DNA of 64,000 bases from an uncultured Nitrososphaerota archaeon (GCA_963838925.1 CAWISW010000001.1:256001-320000), one strand, 5' to 3'; numbered from the stretch's first letter, positions 19,881 through 28,142 are shown. The notes: generated by a model from the letters alone, not told the origin. Numbers and translations are program-made.

Positions 19881-20266
19881 TGCCTACGGTCGCCGTCTCC
19901 TCTCAGCTCTCCCAGGCGGTCTACATGGCATCGATCATCGGGCTCGCGGTCCTGCTCGCCAGGCCTGTCTACTTGGCGTATTCGGCCTCGCAGCAGAGGG
20001 GGGCCGAGGCCGTCGCCGCTGGACTGGGAAAGATGATCGACTCGATGTCGCCCGGGACCTCCGTGGTCGTCGGCCTGGAGAGCTACCCGGGAGTCAAGCT
20101 CTCGGTCGCCCTTCAAGGCGACACCGTCGCCGCGTCGCTCGGCGGAGCCACGGCCACCGAGACGGTCGGCTGGGACCTTCCGCACGTTACCCTCGATCCC
20201 GGATTGCGATACAACTTCACGCTGGTAGGAGGCGCAGTCTCTGTCGCGCAGGCGCGGGATGGTTGA
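19880..20266 (+). CDS. Minor pilin-like protein
   Basis: N-terminal TM helix, then AEAVAAGLGKMIDSMSPG and beta strands; start overlaps the previous stop. Confidence 0.6.
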   Translation: MPTVAVSSQLSQAVYMASIIGLAVLLARPVYLAYSASQQRGAEAVAAGLGKMIDSMSPGTSVVVGLESYPGVKLSVALQGDTVAASLGGATATETVGWDLPHVTLDPGLRYNFTLVGGAVSVAQARDG

Positions 20267-20363
20267 CGCCTACATCGAGGTCTGCATCGCCTTGTTGATG
20301 CTCGCGAGCATGACCCTTCTCGCCCTCTCCATCGTCGTCTCGCACATCGCCCTCGGAGGCTAG
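20259..20363 (+). CDS. 34-aa single-helix pilin-like peptide MVDAYIEVCIALLMLASMTLLALSIVVSHIALGG
   Basis: Own translation; fills the gap between two pilin-like genes, ATG overlaps the upstream ORF end. Confidence 0.55.
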   Translation: MVDAYIEVCIALLMLASMTLLALSIVVSHIALGG

Positions 20364-20371
20364 CAGGGAAG

Positions 20372-20737
20372 TTGCAGTTCATCGACATCGCGGTCGCCTC
20401 AGGGTACGCAGCGATCTGCGTCTCGCTGATAGTCGCGATCAGCCCCATAGCGCCGAGGGAGGCCGCCGTGGACGCGGCCGCGCAGGCGAGGCTCGACACC
20501 GCTATCACCGCTTACCTCGACCGCGTGGGGCTGCCTTTCCTCTCCTCTGCCTCCGAGCGGGCGGTCTGCGACTCCGCGGCGGAGGCTGGCAACGCCACGC
20601 TGGTGATCGGCGTGGCGTTCCAAGGCACCTCTTGCGGCTCCGTCCCCGAGCCCTCCTCGGCCCTCGCCTCAGCGTCCCTGCCCCTCGACCTCCCCGGTCG
20701 GACTTTGGTGATAGAGGCCTGGCTCGCAAGGCAGTAG
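20372..20737 (+). CDS. Minor pilin-like protein
   Basis: N-terminal hydrophobic helix MQFIDIAVASGYAAICVSLIV; paired Cys; ends LVIEAW. Confidence 0.55.
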   Translation: MQFIDIAVASGYAAICVSLIVAISPIAPREAAVDAAAQARLDTAITAYLDRVGLPFLSSASERAVCDSAAEAGNATLVIGVAFQGTSCGSVPEPSSALASASLPLDLPGRTLVIEAWLARQ

Positions 20738-21507
20738 CGGCGACCCTCGCCTCGGTCCTGCTCCTCACCGCGCTCCTAGTGGCGGACGTGACGCTGATGA
20801 CCGCCCAGGACGACCTCGCGTCGAGCGCCCAGGCCACGCACGTCGAGACCAGAGAGCTCCTCCTCGAGGAGTCGCTCGTCGGGAGCACCTCTCTCCAAGT
20901 TCTCGCGCAGGTCCAGGACTATCTCGCGTCTACGCCCGCGGACTGCGACAGAATGCCCCAGTACGTCTACTCCATCTCCGCCTCGAGCTCGACGTCCGGA
21001 GAGGACGAGGGCATCGCCTACTCGGTCAGCGTCTCGGCGACGGGTGCGCCGACCTCCCCGGTGCAGGGACCTCCGGGGGGAGACTCTGCTATCTTGTCCC
21101 CCTTCTCCGGGTTCGTCCCTGGAGAGCTCAACCTCGAGGCGGCGTCCAGCGTCAAAGAGGTCGGGGGAGGAGGGTCGGTGTCCCTGGAGAGGCACGACGC
21201 TCAGGCATTGAACATCCCCATCTCCCCCGGGACGGCGGGCTCCCTCTGCGCGTCCGCCCTCTCCTCGCTGGAGGCGGCGCTCTCCCTGTCGTCCTGCAAC
21301 GTCACGCTGGCCCAGACGGCGTTCGCTGCGGCGGTCCCCCTGCTAGAGCAGGAGGCCTCCGCGCTCGGGTTCTTCTTCACGGCCGGCTGGGCGCCGGGAG
21401 GTCCGTCCTGCTCGGCGACCTACTGGGTCGTGCTCGTGGAGCTTGGAGTCGTGGGAGTGTCAGGAGACTTCGACTGGACTGTCCGTGGCTCTGGGTCGAC
21501 AGCATAG
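20719..21507 (+). CDS. Large minor pilin/adhesin-like protein (probable CTG start)
   Basis: ARKA|VAATLASVLLLTALLV resembles a class III signal peptide; Ser/Gly-rich extracellular domain. Confidence 0.6.
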   Translation: MARKAVAATLASVLLLTALLVADVTLMTAQDDLASSAQATHVETRELLLEESLVGSTSLQVLAQVQDYLASTPADCDRMPQYVYSISASSSTSGEDEGIAYSVSVSATGAPTSPVQGPPGGDSAILSPFSGFVPGELNLEAASSVKEVGGGGSVSLERHDAQALNIPISPGTAGSLCASALSSLEAALSLSSCNVTLAQTAFAAAVPLLEQEASALGFFFTAGWAPGGPSCSATYWVVLVELGVVGVSGDFDWTVRGSGSTA

Positions 21508-22456
21508 GCCTCAGCTCGTCGTAGATCGCGTCCCACCTCGGCCTGAAGAGCTCGCAGAACTGCTCCCTGACGGTGTACTCCGCCGCGTTGACGCACATTG
21601 CGACGTCCCTCTGCGTGAAGAGCTTCTTCCTCGACTCGCTCTCGGAGACCGCCACCTCGGCCGCGTAGAAGCTCGTCGCGGCGAGGGCGCAGGGGCTGTG
21701 CCCGCCCCTCACCGAGGAGTCCAGCATTGCGAGCGCCCTCCTCGCCAGATGGAGCAGCTTGTACTGGTAGCCGGGGGGCGCGCCGAGCCTCGGCAGGACC
21801 TCGGAGAGGCGGGCAGCCACCCTGCCGAGGTGCTCCTCCGCCCTCATCGCGCTCGCCTTCACCGGGGAGTCGAACCCCATCTTGATGAGCGTGGACGGCC
21901 TGACGTTGTGCCCCAGCGCCCTGTGGGACGCGACGACCTCCCTCACGCCGACGCTCGAGACCCCGCATATCCTGCAGGCGCTTGTTATCGAGAAGGCGGA
22001 GATCGCGGCTATCGTGTACCCCGTCCTCTGCTTCCTGATCGCGAGGAGGCCTTTGGCCACCGCTATCGACTGCCCAATGACACCCGGGGGAAGGGACAGC
22101 TTCTCGCAGATCCGCTCTATCAGCTTCGCGCACGGGTATACGCCCGCCTCGTCCACCTGCGAGTAGTCAGAGATTGTCTTCAGGTACCTGAACGTGGAAG
22201 AGGAGCCCGCGAGCCCCCTGGGGGGCGATTCGTCGCGGTCGTACTCCATCGGCCCGAGGAAGCTCCCGAGCGAGTGGTTGGTGTAGTCCACCGCGTGCGC
22301 CCTTCTCGCGGTCGCTCCGACGGCCGAGTCTGCCACGACCTCCTTCGGCCGGACGCTCCCGCAGGAGGAGCAGACGATTTCCTCGTCGATGTCAACCATC
22401 CTTCCAGAGCAGTTCGCGCACCTCGCATCGTCAGCATCACAAACAGAAGTAAGCAT
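21377..22456 (-). CDS. tfb: Divergent transcription initiation factor IIB (TFB) paralog
   Basis: CANC...CSSCG zinc ribbon; cyclin repeats IERICEKLSLP, GHSPCALAATSFY, TQRDVA...AEYTVR. Confidence 0.85.
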   Translation of the reverse strand: MLTSVCDADDARCANCSGRMVDIDEEIVCSSCGSVRPKEVVADSAVGATARRAHAVDYTNHSLGSFLGPMEYDRDESPPRGLAGSSSTFRYLKTISDYSQVDEAGVYPCAKLIERICEKLSLPPGVIGQSIAVAKGLLAIRKQRTGYTIAAISAFSITSACRICGVSSVGVREVVASHRALGHNVRPSTLIKMGFDSPVKASAMRAEEHLGRVAARLSEVLPRLGAPPGYQYKLLHLARRALAMLDSSVRGGHSPCALAATSFYAAEVAVSESESRKKLFTQRDVAMCVNAAEYTVREQFCELFRPRWDAIYDELRPMLSTQSHGQSSRSLLTLPRLQAPRARPSRSPSRTDLPAPSRP

Positions 22457-22627
22457 GAGGAGGGAGCTAGGCGCCTCTGGTAATCTCCTGGACCAGCTAC
22501 CCGGGAGCCGTCCCGCGCGGCTCCATCGCCCTCCGGCACGTCGGCACGTTGCGGAGGGGGGTGGGATGCGTGAAAGTGCCGGAACCACGAACCGTTTTAA
22601 ACGACGACACGAGGGACAAAATCCTAG

Positions 22628-23569
22628 TTGCTAGAGAAGGTGAAGGACGTCCACATCAGACCCTCGAGGGACGTCGTCTCCCTCGTCGACCAGATGCACG
22701 CCGCAGGGGGCTTCATGGGGAGGCACCTCGCCGAGGTGGCGAAGATCTACACCGAGATGCTCGACGACCGAAAGTGCACGAAGTTCCTCTCGTTCCCCGC
22801 CGCCATCGTCGCCACTGGGACGAGGGGGGTGATCGTAGACATGATCAAGGAGGGCATGGTCGACGTGATAATCACCGCCTCTGGAACGCTTGACCACGAC
22901 CTTGCCCGCAGCTGGGGCGACTACTACCACGGCAGCTTCGACCTCGACGACCTGAAGGTGAAGAGGGAGGGGTTCCACAGGCTCGGGAACGTCCTCGTCC
23001 CCCTCGAGACGTACGGCCCCGCCCTCGAGAAGCGACTCCAGCCGTGGCTCGAGGGCAGGTACCAGGCGGGGGACAGGAGCATGACTACCGAGAAGCTCTG
23101 TCACGAGCTGGGGGAGCTTGGGGACGAGCACTCGATCCTCTACTGGGCGAGGAAGAAGAACGTCCCGATCTTCGTCCCGGGGCCGATGGACGGCGCCGTG
23201 GGCTCTCAGATCTGGCTCTTCGCGAACAGGCGGAGCGACTTCAGAGTGGACGTGATAGGGGACGAGAAGAGGCTGGCCGACATCACCTTCGACGCGAAGA
23301 AGAGCGGCGCGCTGGTGATCGGGGGAGGGATAAGCAAGCACCATTTGTTGTGGTGGAACCAGTTTAAGGGCGGGCTAGATTATGCCTGCTATGTCACCAC
23401 AGCTGCAGAGTGGGATGGCAGCCTCAGCGGCGCCCAAGTCAAGGAGGCGATATCTTGGGGGAAAGTGAAGAGTCGAGCGAGGACTGTTACCCTTTATTCT
23501 GAGGCAACGACATCTCTCGCGTTCATTGTGACCTACGCCATGACCAAACGGAAGAACAAACCTTCGTAG
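22628..23569 (+). CDS. dys: Deoxyhypusine synthase (chimeric: 3' end supplied by the inserted element)
   Basis: HRLGNVLVP, FVPGPMDGAVG, IGGGISKHH, EWDGSLSGAQVKEAISWGK with the catalytic Lys. Confidence 0.95.
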   Translation: MLEKVKDVHIRPSRDVVSLVDQMHAAGGFMGRHLAEVAKIYTEMLDDRKCTKFLSFPAAIVATGTRGVIVDMIKEGMVDVIITASGTLDHDLARSWGDYYHGSFDLDDLKVKREGFHRLGNVLVPLETYGPALEKRLQPWLEGRYQAGDRSMTTEKLCHELGELGDEHSILYWARKKNVPIFVPGPMDGAVGSQIWLFANRRSDFRVDVIGDEKRLADITFDAKKSGALVIGGGISKHHLLWWNQFKGGLDYACYVTTAAEWDGSLSGAQVKEAISWGKVKSRARTVTLYSEATTSLAFIVTYAMTKRKNKPS

Positions 23570-24096
23570 TGCGTCATCGGCGCGGTTCAGGAAATGTTGG
23601 TTGTTAAGTACCAAACGTAGTATAATCACGGTCCTCCAAGACGGCAGCTCGAATAAAGAAGCGACCCGGTCCTGCAAAGGGTTACATGCCGAAACATCTA
23701 CCAACAAAACCACTACTGCTTCCAAATCTTGAAAACCCACTTTTGGTAGAAAGAGCGATAGGGTTACACGAGGGCGAGGGAGGTTCCTACTGCATCAAAG
23801 GGACGTTACGAATCGCCATCACCATGTGCTCAAGGGACGCATTGGAAAGGATACAGCCAGTCATCGGGACCAAGGTTACCCGGTGCAACAGGGCGAAATG
23901 TGAACGAACAGAAGAGAATCCCGAGGGATTTGACTACCGATTATCAAGGGACGGCAAGTTCGCCATACTCATCATGGAGACATTCATCAATCGCGGTCTT
24001 TCAAAGGAGAAATCCGACCAATATCATAACGTCATGAGGAAATGCGAAGAACTGGCGCAGACTTCAGAGAGAAATCCTAAGTCGATATCTTGAGAA
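23423..24096 (+). mobile_element. 674-bp homing-endonuclease cassette inserted in dys, carrying a replacement 3' end
   Basis: Bounded by the direct repeat CTCAGCGGCGCCCA at 23423 and 24097; visibly more AT-rich than the flanks; contains the dys 3' end and a LAGLIDADG ORF. Confidence 0.85.
23686..24093 (+). CDS. Single-motif LAGLIDADG homing-endonuclease-like protein
   Basis: ERAIGLHEGEGGSY resembles the LAGLIDADG helix, followed by RIAITM..RDALERIQ..IG.KV...YRL; 135 aa; atypical codon usage. Confidence 0.72.
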   Translation: MPKHLPTKPLLLPNLENPLLVERAIGLHEGEGGSYCIKGTLRIAITMCSRDALERIQPVIGTKVTRCNRAKCERTEENPEGFDYRLSRDGKFAILIMETFINRGLSKEKSDQYHNVMRKCEELAQTSERNPKSIS

Positions 24097-24240
24097 CTCA
24101 GCGGCGCCCAGGTCAAGGAGGCCATCTCCTGGGGCAAGGTGAGGCCGAAGGCGAGGAAGTCGACCCTCATCGCCGACGCCACAACGGTCCTCCCGCTCGT
24201 CGCAAGCTACGCGATGACGAACAGGATGAAGCGCCCCTAA
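24097..24240 (+). pseudogene. Displaced original 3' end of deoxyhypusine synthase
   Basis: Translates to LSGAQVKEAISWGKVRPKARKSTLIADATTVLPLVASYAMTNRMKRP*; host-like GC3 codons; no start codon. Confidence 0.9.
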
Positions 24241-24286
24241 ACTTATAACCGGTTCAGGGAAACCCCCGCAGTCAGTTCTCGATAAA

Positions 24287-26446
24287 ATGGTGATAGACTA
24301 CAGTCTCCTAGCCGTGGGCGGGGCGCTCGTAGCGCTCGTCTATGCTGTCGTGCTCATCTTCAACGTAAGGTCGCATAACGCAGGCACCCCCAAGATGCAG
24401 GAGATAGCTGGCGCCGTGAGGGAGGGCGCCAACGCCTTCCTCTCGAGGGAGTACAGGGTCATCGCGCCCGTCGCGGTCCTCGTCGCCGCCGCGATCTACA
24501 TCTTCATCGACATCCCGCTCGGCACGGGCGGTGCCATAACAGTCGGGTTCGTCTTGGGCGCCGGCCTCTCGGCCTTCGCTGGCTACGTGGGGATGGCGAT
24601 AACGGTCCGGACGAGCTCGAGGACGGCAGAGGCCGCGAAGAGCGGGCTCGGCGACGCCCTCACCGTCTCCTTCAGGGGCGGGAGCGTGATGGGCATGGCG
24701 GTCGTCGGCTTCGGGCTGCTCGGACTGTCGCTCTTCTACATCGCGTACCAGGGGACGATCACCGCGAACCCCGCCACGATGGCGGGGCTGGGCTTCGGCG
24801 CGTCGTTGATCGCCATGTTCATGAGAGTCTCGGGCGGCATCTACACCAAGGCTGCCGACGTCGGCGCTGACCTCGTAGGGAAGGTCGAGGCGAACATCCC
24901 AGAGGACGACCCCCGCAACCCTGCCGTCATCGCCGACAACGTTGGCGACAACGTAGGCGACTGCGCAGGTATGGGCGCTGACGTGTACGAGTCGTTCGTC
25001 GTCACGGCCATCGCGGCGGTGATACTCGGCGGGCTCGTCCAGCTCGCAGTCAAGGGAAGCAGCCTCCCGTCCCAGCTCCTTTCGGTCGTCTCTGCGAACC
25101 AGCTGATACTCTACCCTCTCACCTTGGGGGTCGCGGGGATTGTGGGCTCAATAGTGGGCGGCTTCTACATACGACGCTCGATAAAGTCGAAGCCCATGGC
25201 AGCGCTGAACGTGTCGCTGATGATCGCCGCTGTGATCACGGTTGCGATCGACTACTTCATCGGTCAGTCGCTCTTCGGGGGCAACCCGATTGCGTATTGG
25301 CTCTTCGGCAGCGCCGTCGTCGGGGTCGTGGTGGTCATCGTGATAGAGAGGGTGGCAGACTACTTCACGTCGTACCTCTTCCCGCCCGTCCGGCACATCG
25401 CCGAGGCGAGCCAGACCGGGGCCGCGACCAACTTCTTGGCGGGCTTCTCCACGGGGCTGCAGAGCACGGCCCCCTCGGCCGTGGTGCTCGTCGTCGCCCT
25501 CTTGATCTCATACTACCTTGGCTACTACGGCTCGGGCTCTGACACCCTGATGGGGGTATACAGCACCGCCATCGCGACGATGTCCATGCTCTCCCTCACC
25601 GGAGCCATCATGTCGATCGACTCGTTCGGGCCCATCACCGACAACGCCAACGGGATAGCCGAGATGGCGGGGCTCGAGGGCAACGTGCGCGTCGTGACCG
25701 ACGAGCTCGACGCCATCGGTAACACCACCAAGGCGACCACCAAGGCCTTCGCGGTCATGTCGGCCGCGCTCGCCGCGGTCTCCATCTTCGAGGCGTTCCA
25801 GAGCGAGGTCAACAGGCAGATCGCGCTCCACGACCTCTTCTCAAAGTACGGGCTCCCGCCCGGCGGGACCCTCTCCTTCACACTTAGCGACCCTCACGTG
25901 ATAATCGGGCTCTTCATCGGAAGCCTGCTCCCGTTCTACTTCTCCAGCTTCCTCATCCAGGCCGTGGGCCGCGCCGCGATAAAGATGGTCAACGAGGTTA
26001 GGCGCCAGTTCAAGGAGATTCCCGGCATCATGGAAGGGACAGGGAAGCCCGACTATGCAAAGTGCGTCGACATCAGCACGGCGGCTGCCATCAAGGAGCT
26101 TGCTGCGCCCGCGGTGCTCGCAGTCCTCACCCCGCTGGTCGTCGGCTTCGTCCTCGGTCCGCTCGCCCTCGGAGGGGTCCTGATAGGAAGCGTCATCGCG
26201 GGCGTCTACTTGGCGTTCACCATGACCAACAGCGGCGCCGCCTGGGACAACGCGAAGAAGTACATCGAGACCGGTGCCTTCGGAGGCAAGGGGACGCCCA
26301 CACACGCTGCGGCGGTCATGGGCGACACGGTCGGAGACCCGTTCAAGGACACGGCAGGGCCGGCGATCAACTCGCTGATCAAGGTCCTGAACACGATCTC
26401 TATCGTCTTCGTCTCGGCCATAGTGCTCTACGCCCTCTTCGTCTGA
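24287..26446 (+). CDS. hppA: Membrane H+-translocating pyrophosphatase, K+-independent type
   Basis: GGIYTKAADVGADLVGKVE, EDDPRNP, DNVGDNVGD, GNTTKA (Lys variant), GDTVGDPFKDTAGP. Confidence 0.96.
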   Translation: MVIDYSLLAVGGALVALVYAVVLIFNVRSHNAGTPKMQEIAGAVREGANAFLSREYRVIAPVAVLVAAAIYIFIDIPLGTGGAITVGFVLGAGLSAFAGYVGMAITVRTSSRTAEAAKSGLGDALTVSFRGGSVMGMAVVGFGLLGLSLFYIAYQGTITANPATMAGLGFGASLIAMFMRVSGGIYTKAADVGADLVGKVEANIPEDDPRNPAVIADNVGDNVGDCAGMGADVYESFVVTAIAAVILGGLVQLAVKGSSLPSQLLSVVSANQLILYPLTLGVAGIVGSIVGGFYIRRSIKSKPMAALNVSLMIAAVITVAIDYFIGQSLFGGNPIAYWLFGSAVVGVVVVIVIERVADYFTSYLFPPVRHIAEASQTGAATNFLAGFSTGLQSTAPSAVVLVVALLISYYLGYYGSGSDTLMGVYSTAIATMSMLSLTGAIMSIDSFGPITDNANGIAEMAGLEGNVRVVTDELDAIGNTTKATTKAFAVMSAALAAVSIFEAFQSEVNRQIALHDLFSKYGLPPGGTLSFTLSDPHVIIGLFIGSLLPFYFSSFLIQAVGRAAIKMVNEVRRQFKEIPGIMEGTGKPDYAKCVDISTAAAIKELAAPAVLAVLTPLVVGFVLGPLALGGVLIGSVIAGVYLAFTMTNSGAAWDNAKKYIETGAFGGKGTPTHAAAVMGDTVGDPFKDTAGPAINSLIKVLNTISIVFVSAIVLYALFV

Positions 26447-26486
26447 GAACGGGGCGCTCAGCCCGCGCAAGCGTTGCTTGGACCCT

Positions 26487-26618
26487 CTAACCCTGCTTTA
26501 TCCTGACGTCGCTTACCAAGCAGGCTGGACACCTCAGGCTGACCCTCGTCGCGGTCTCGGAGACAACGGCCATGGCGGAGCCGCAGCAGGGGCATGCCGG
26601 CGGGCTAGTGTCCCCCAC
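26487..26618 (-). CDS. 43-aa zinc-ribbon microprotein MGDTSPPACPCCGSAMAVVSETATRVSLRCPACLVSDVRIKQG
   Basis: Own translation; CPCCG and CPAC pairs with zinc-ribbon spacing; directly downstream of ridA. Confidence 0.55.
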   Translation of the reverse strand: MGDTSPPACPCCGSAMAVVSETATRVSLRCPACLVSDVRIKQG

Positions 26619-26652
26619 ATTCGACCAACGCCCGGAGCGATTGGTGGTTTCG

Positions 26653-27027
26653 CTACTTGTTCGCGACAGCCTCGATCTCGACGAGGATGTCGTCCCGGGG
26701 GAAGCCCGTGACGAGCGTCGCCCTCGCGGGCTTGTGCTTGCCGAAGAACTTGGCGTAGGCCTCGTTCATCTCCTTGAACGTCGAGCCGTCCTTCAGGAAG
26801 ACCGTGGTCTTCACGACGCTCTCCTCTGAGGTCCCCGCAGCCTTCAGCACGGCCTTGAGGCTGGCGAGGGCTCGCTCCGTCTGTTCCTTGACGCCGCCGC
26901 CCACCATCTTCCCGGTCTTGGGGTCAATCGCTATCATCCCTGAGACGAAGACGAGGTTCTTCACCACGATCGCTTGAGAGTACGGACCAATCGGCTCGGG
27001 AGCCTTCTTCGACTTTATTGCTTTCAA
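26653..27027 (-). CDS. ridA: RidA/YjgF reactive-intermediate deaminase
   Basis: APEPIGPYSQA, FVSG, VVKTTVFL, PARA, VEIEAVA. Confidence 0.93.
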   Translation of the reverse strand: MKAIKSKKAPEPIGPYSQAIVVKNLVFVSGMIAIDPKTGKMVGGGVKEQTERALASLKAVLKAAGTSEESVVKTTVFLKDGSTFKEMNEAYAKFFGKHKPARATLVTGFPRDDILVEIEAVANK

Positions 27028-27077
27028 GATGACACTGCGAATCGTTCCGGCGCTTTTATCCTTTCCAGCGGCCGAGC

Positions 27078-28142
27078 CTAGTGTGAGGTCGCCGGCAGGA
27101 CGACTACCGTCCCGGTCATCCAGGGATGGTAGATGCAGCGGTAGGGGTACGTCCCGGGAGTCGTGAACGTGTAGGAGAAGGTCGAGCCCGGCGGTATCGA
27201 TCCCGATGCGAAGGTCCCGTTGTTGCCAGTGACTGTGTCGTACGCGAGCGAGTGGCTGACCCAAGTGACTGTGTTGTTCACCCCGAGGACGACCGTGATG
27301 GCCTGGGGGTAGTAGTTCCAGGTGACGGGGGTCTCGACTATGAGCACCTGGACCGAGCTGCTCGTGTGGGAGGGCGGAGGAGTGGCGGCTATCGCCACCG
27401 CGCTCGAGGCGAAGAAGCCGACCAGGACCGCAATCATCACGACTATGGAGACGGCGTTTACGACCCTTCCAGCCCGTGTGAGCCCTGAGCCCTCGCCGCC
27501 TTCCGAGCGGCGCCTCGGCGGGCTCGGCGCGTCGAACGGCCCCTCCCCGAACGCGGAGACCTCCCTGAACCAGGCCCTGTTCCTGAATATCAGGTAGAGG
27601 ATCCCCGTCCAGTAGAAAGGGCCCACGCTGAACATCACTAGCCCGAGGACCCCTTGGTCGGCGAGGGAGTAGAGCGGGTACAGCTTGTAGCTGGAGATCA
27701 GGGCGAGCCCGTACCCGAAGTGGCCGAAGAACCCCAGTATGAGCACGTCTATCTTCGCGCGGTCGGAGAGGGTCTGGAGCGTCGACCCGATCAGGATCCC
27801 GACGAGGAGGAAGCTGAAGTGCTCCACCGCGTGTATCGAGGGGTTTAGGACCGCGGCGTCCCAGTTCTCGGGAAGGTGCCAGAAGGTGATTATCACGATG
27901 ATCAGCGCGAGCGCGGGGTACGCCGAGTTCTTGCCCTCGATGCTCCTGAAGTAGCCCTTCCTGTGCAGAGGGTAGGCTATCATGACGCCGGCCATCACGA
28001 TGATGATGTGCTGGATCATGTGGGTCGTCAGGTCGAGCGTCGTCGCGTCGTCGAAGGGCGGGTAGCCTATCGAGAAGATGAAGAGCACAGCACCCATGAG
28101 AGGGACGGAGTACAGCCAGTCCAGCCAGGACTTTGCGCTCAT
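27078..28142 (-). CDS. CtaG (Caa3-type/DUF1404-like) oxidase assembly membrane protein fused to a C-terminal cupredoxin domain
   Basis: HMIQH, FWHLP..WDAA....IHAVEH membrane His motifs; C-terminal PGTYPYRCIYHPWMTG. Confidence 0.8.
   Translation of the reverse strand: MSAKSWLDWLYSVPLMGAVLFIFSIGYPPFDDATTLDLTTHMIQHIIIVMAGVMIAYPLHRKGYFRSIEGKNSAYPALALIIVIITFWHLPENWDAAVLNPSIHAVEHFSFLLVGILIGSTLQTLSDRAKIDVLILGFFGHFGYGLALISSYKLYPLYSLADQGVLGLVMFSVGPFYWTGILYLIFRNRAWFREVSAFGEGPFDAPSPPRRRSEGGEGSGLTRAGRVVNAVSIVVMIAVLVGFFASSAVAIAATPPPSHTSSSVQVLIVETPVTWNYYPQAITVVLGVNNTVTWVSHSLAYDTVTGNNGTFASGSIPPGSTFSYTFTTPGTYPYRCIYHPWMTGTVVVLPATSH

Noticed and set aside
23423-24096. Group I/BHB intron or intein in dys
   Set aside because: The upstream frame is already complete with its own stop, the insert is not in frame, I found no intein termini or convincing BHB, and an intron would not duplicate the 3' exon.
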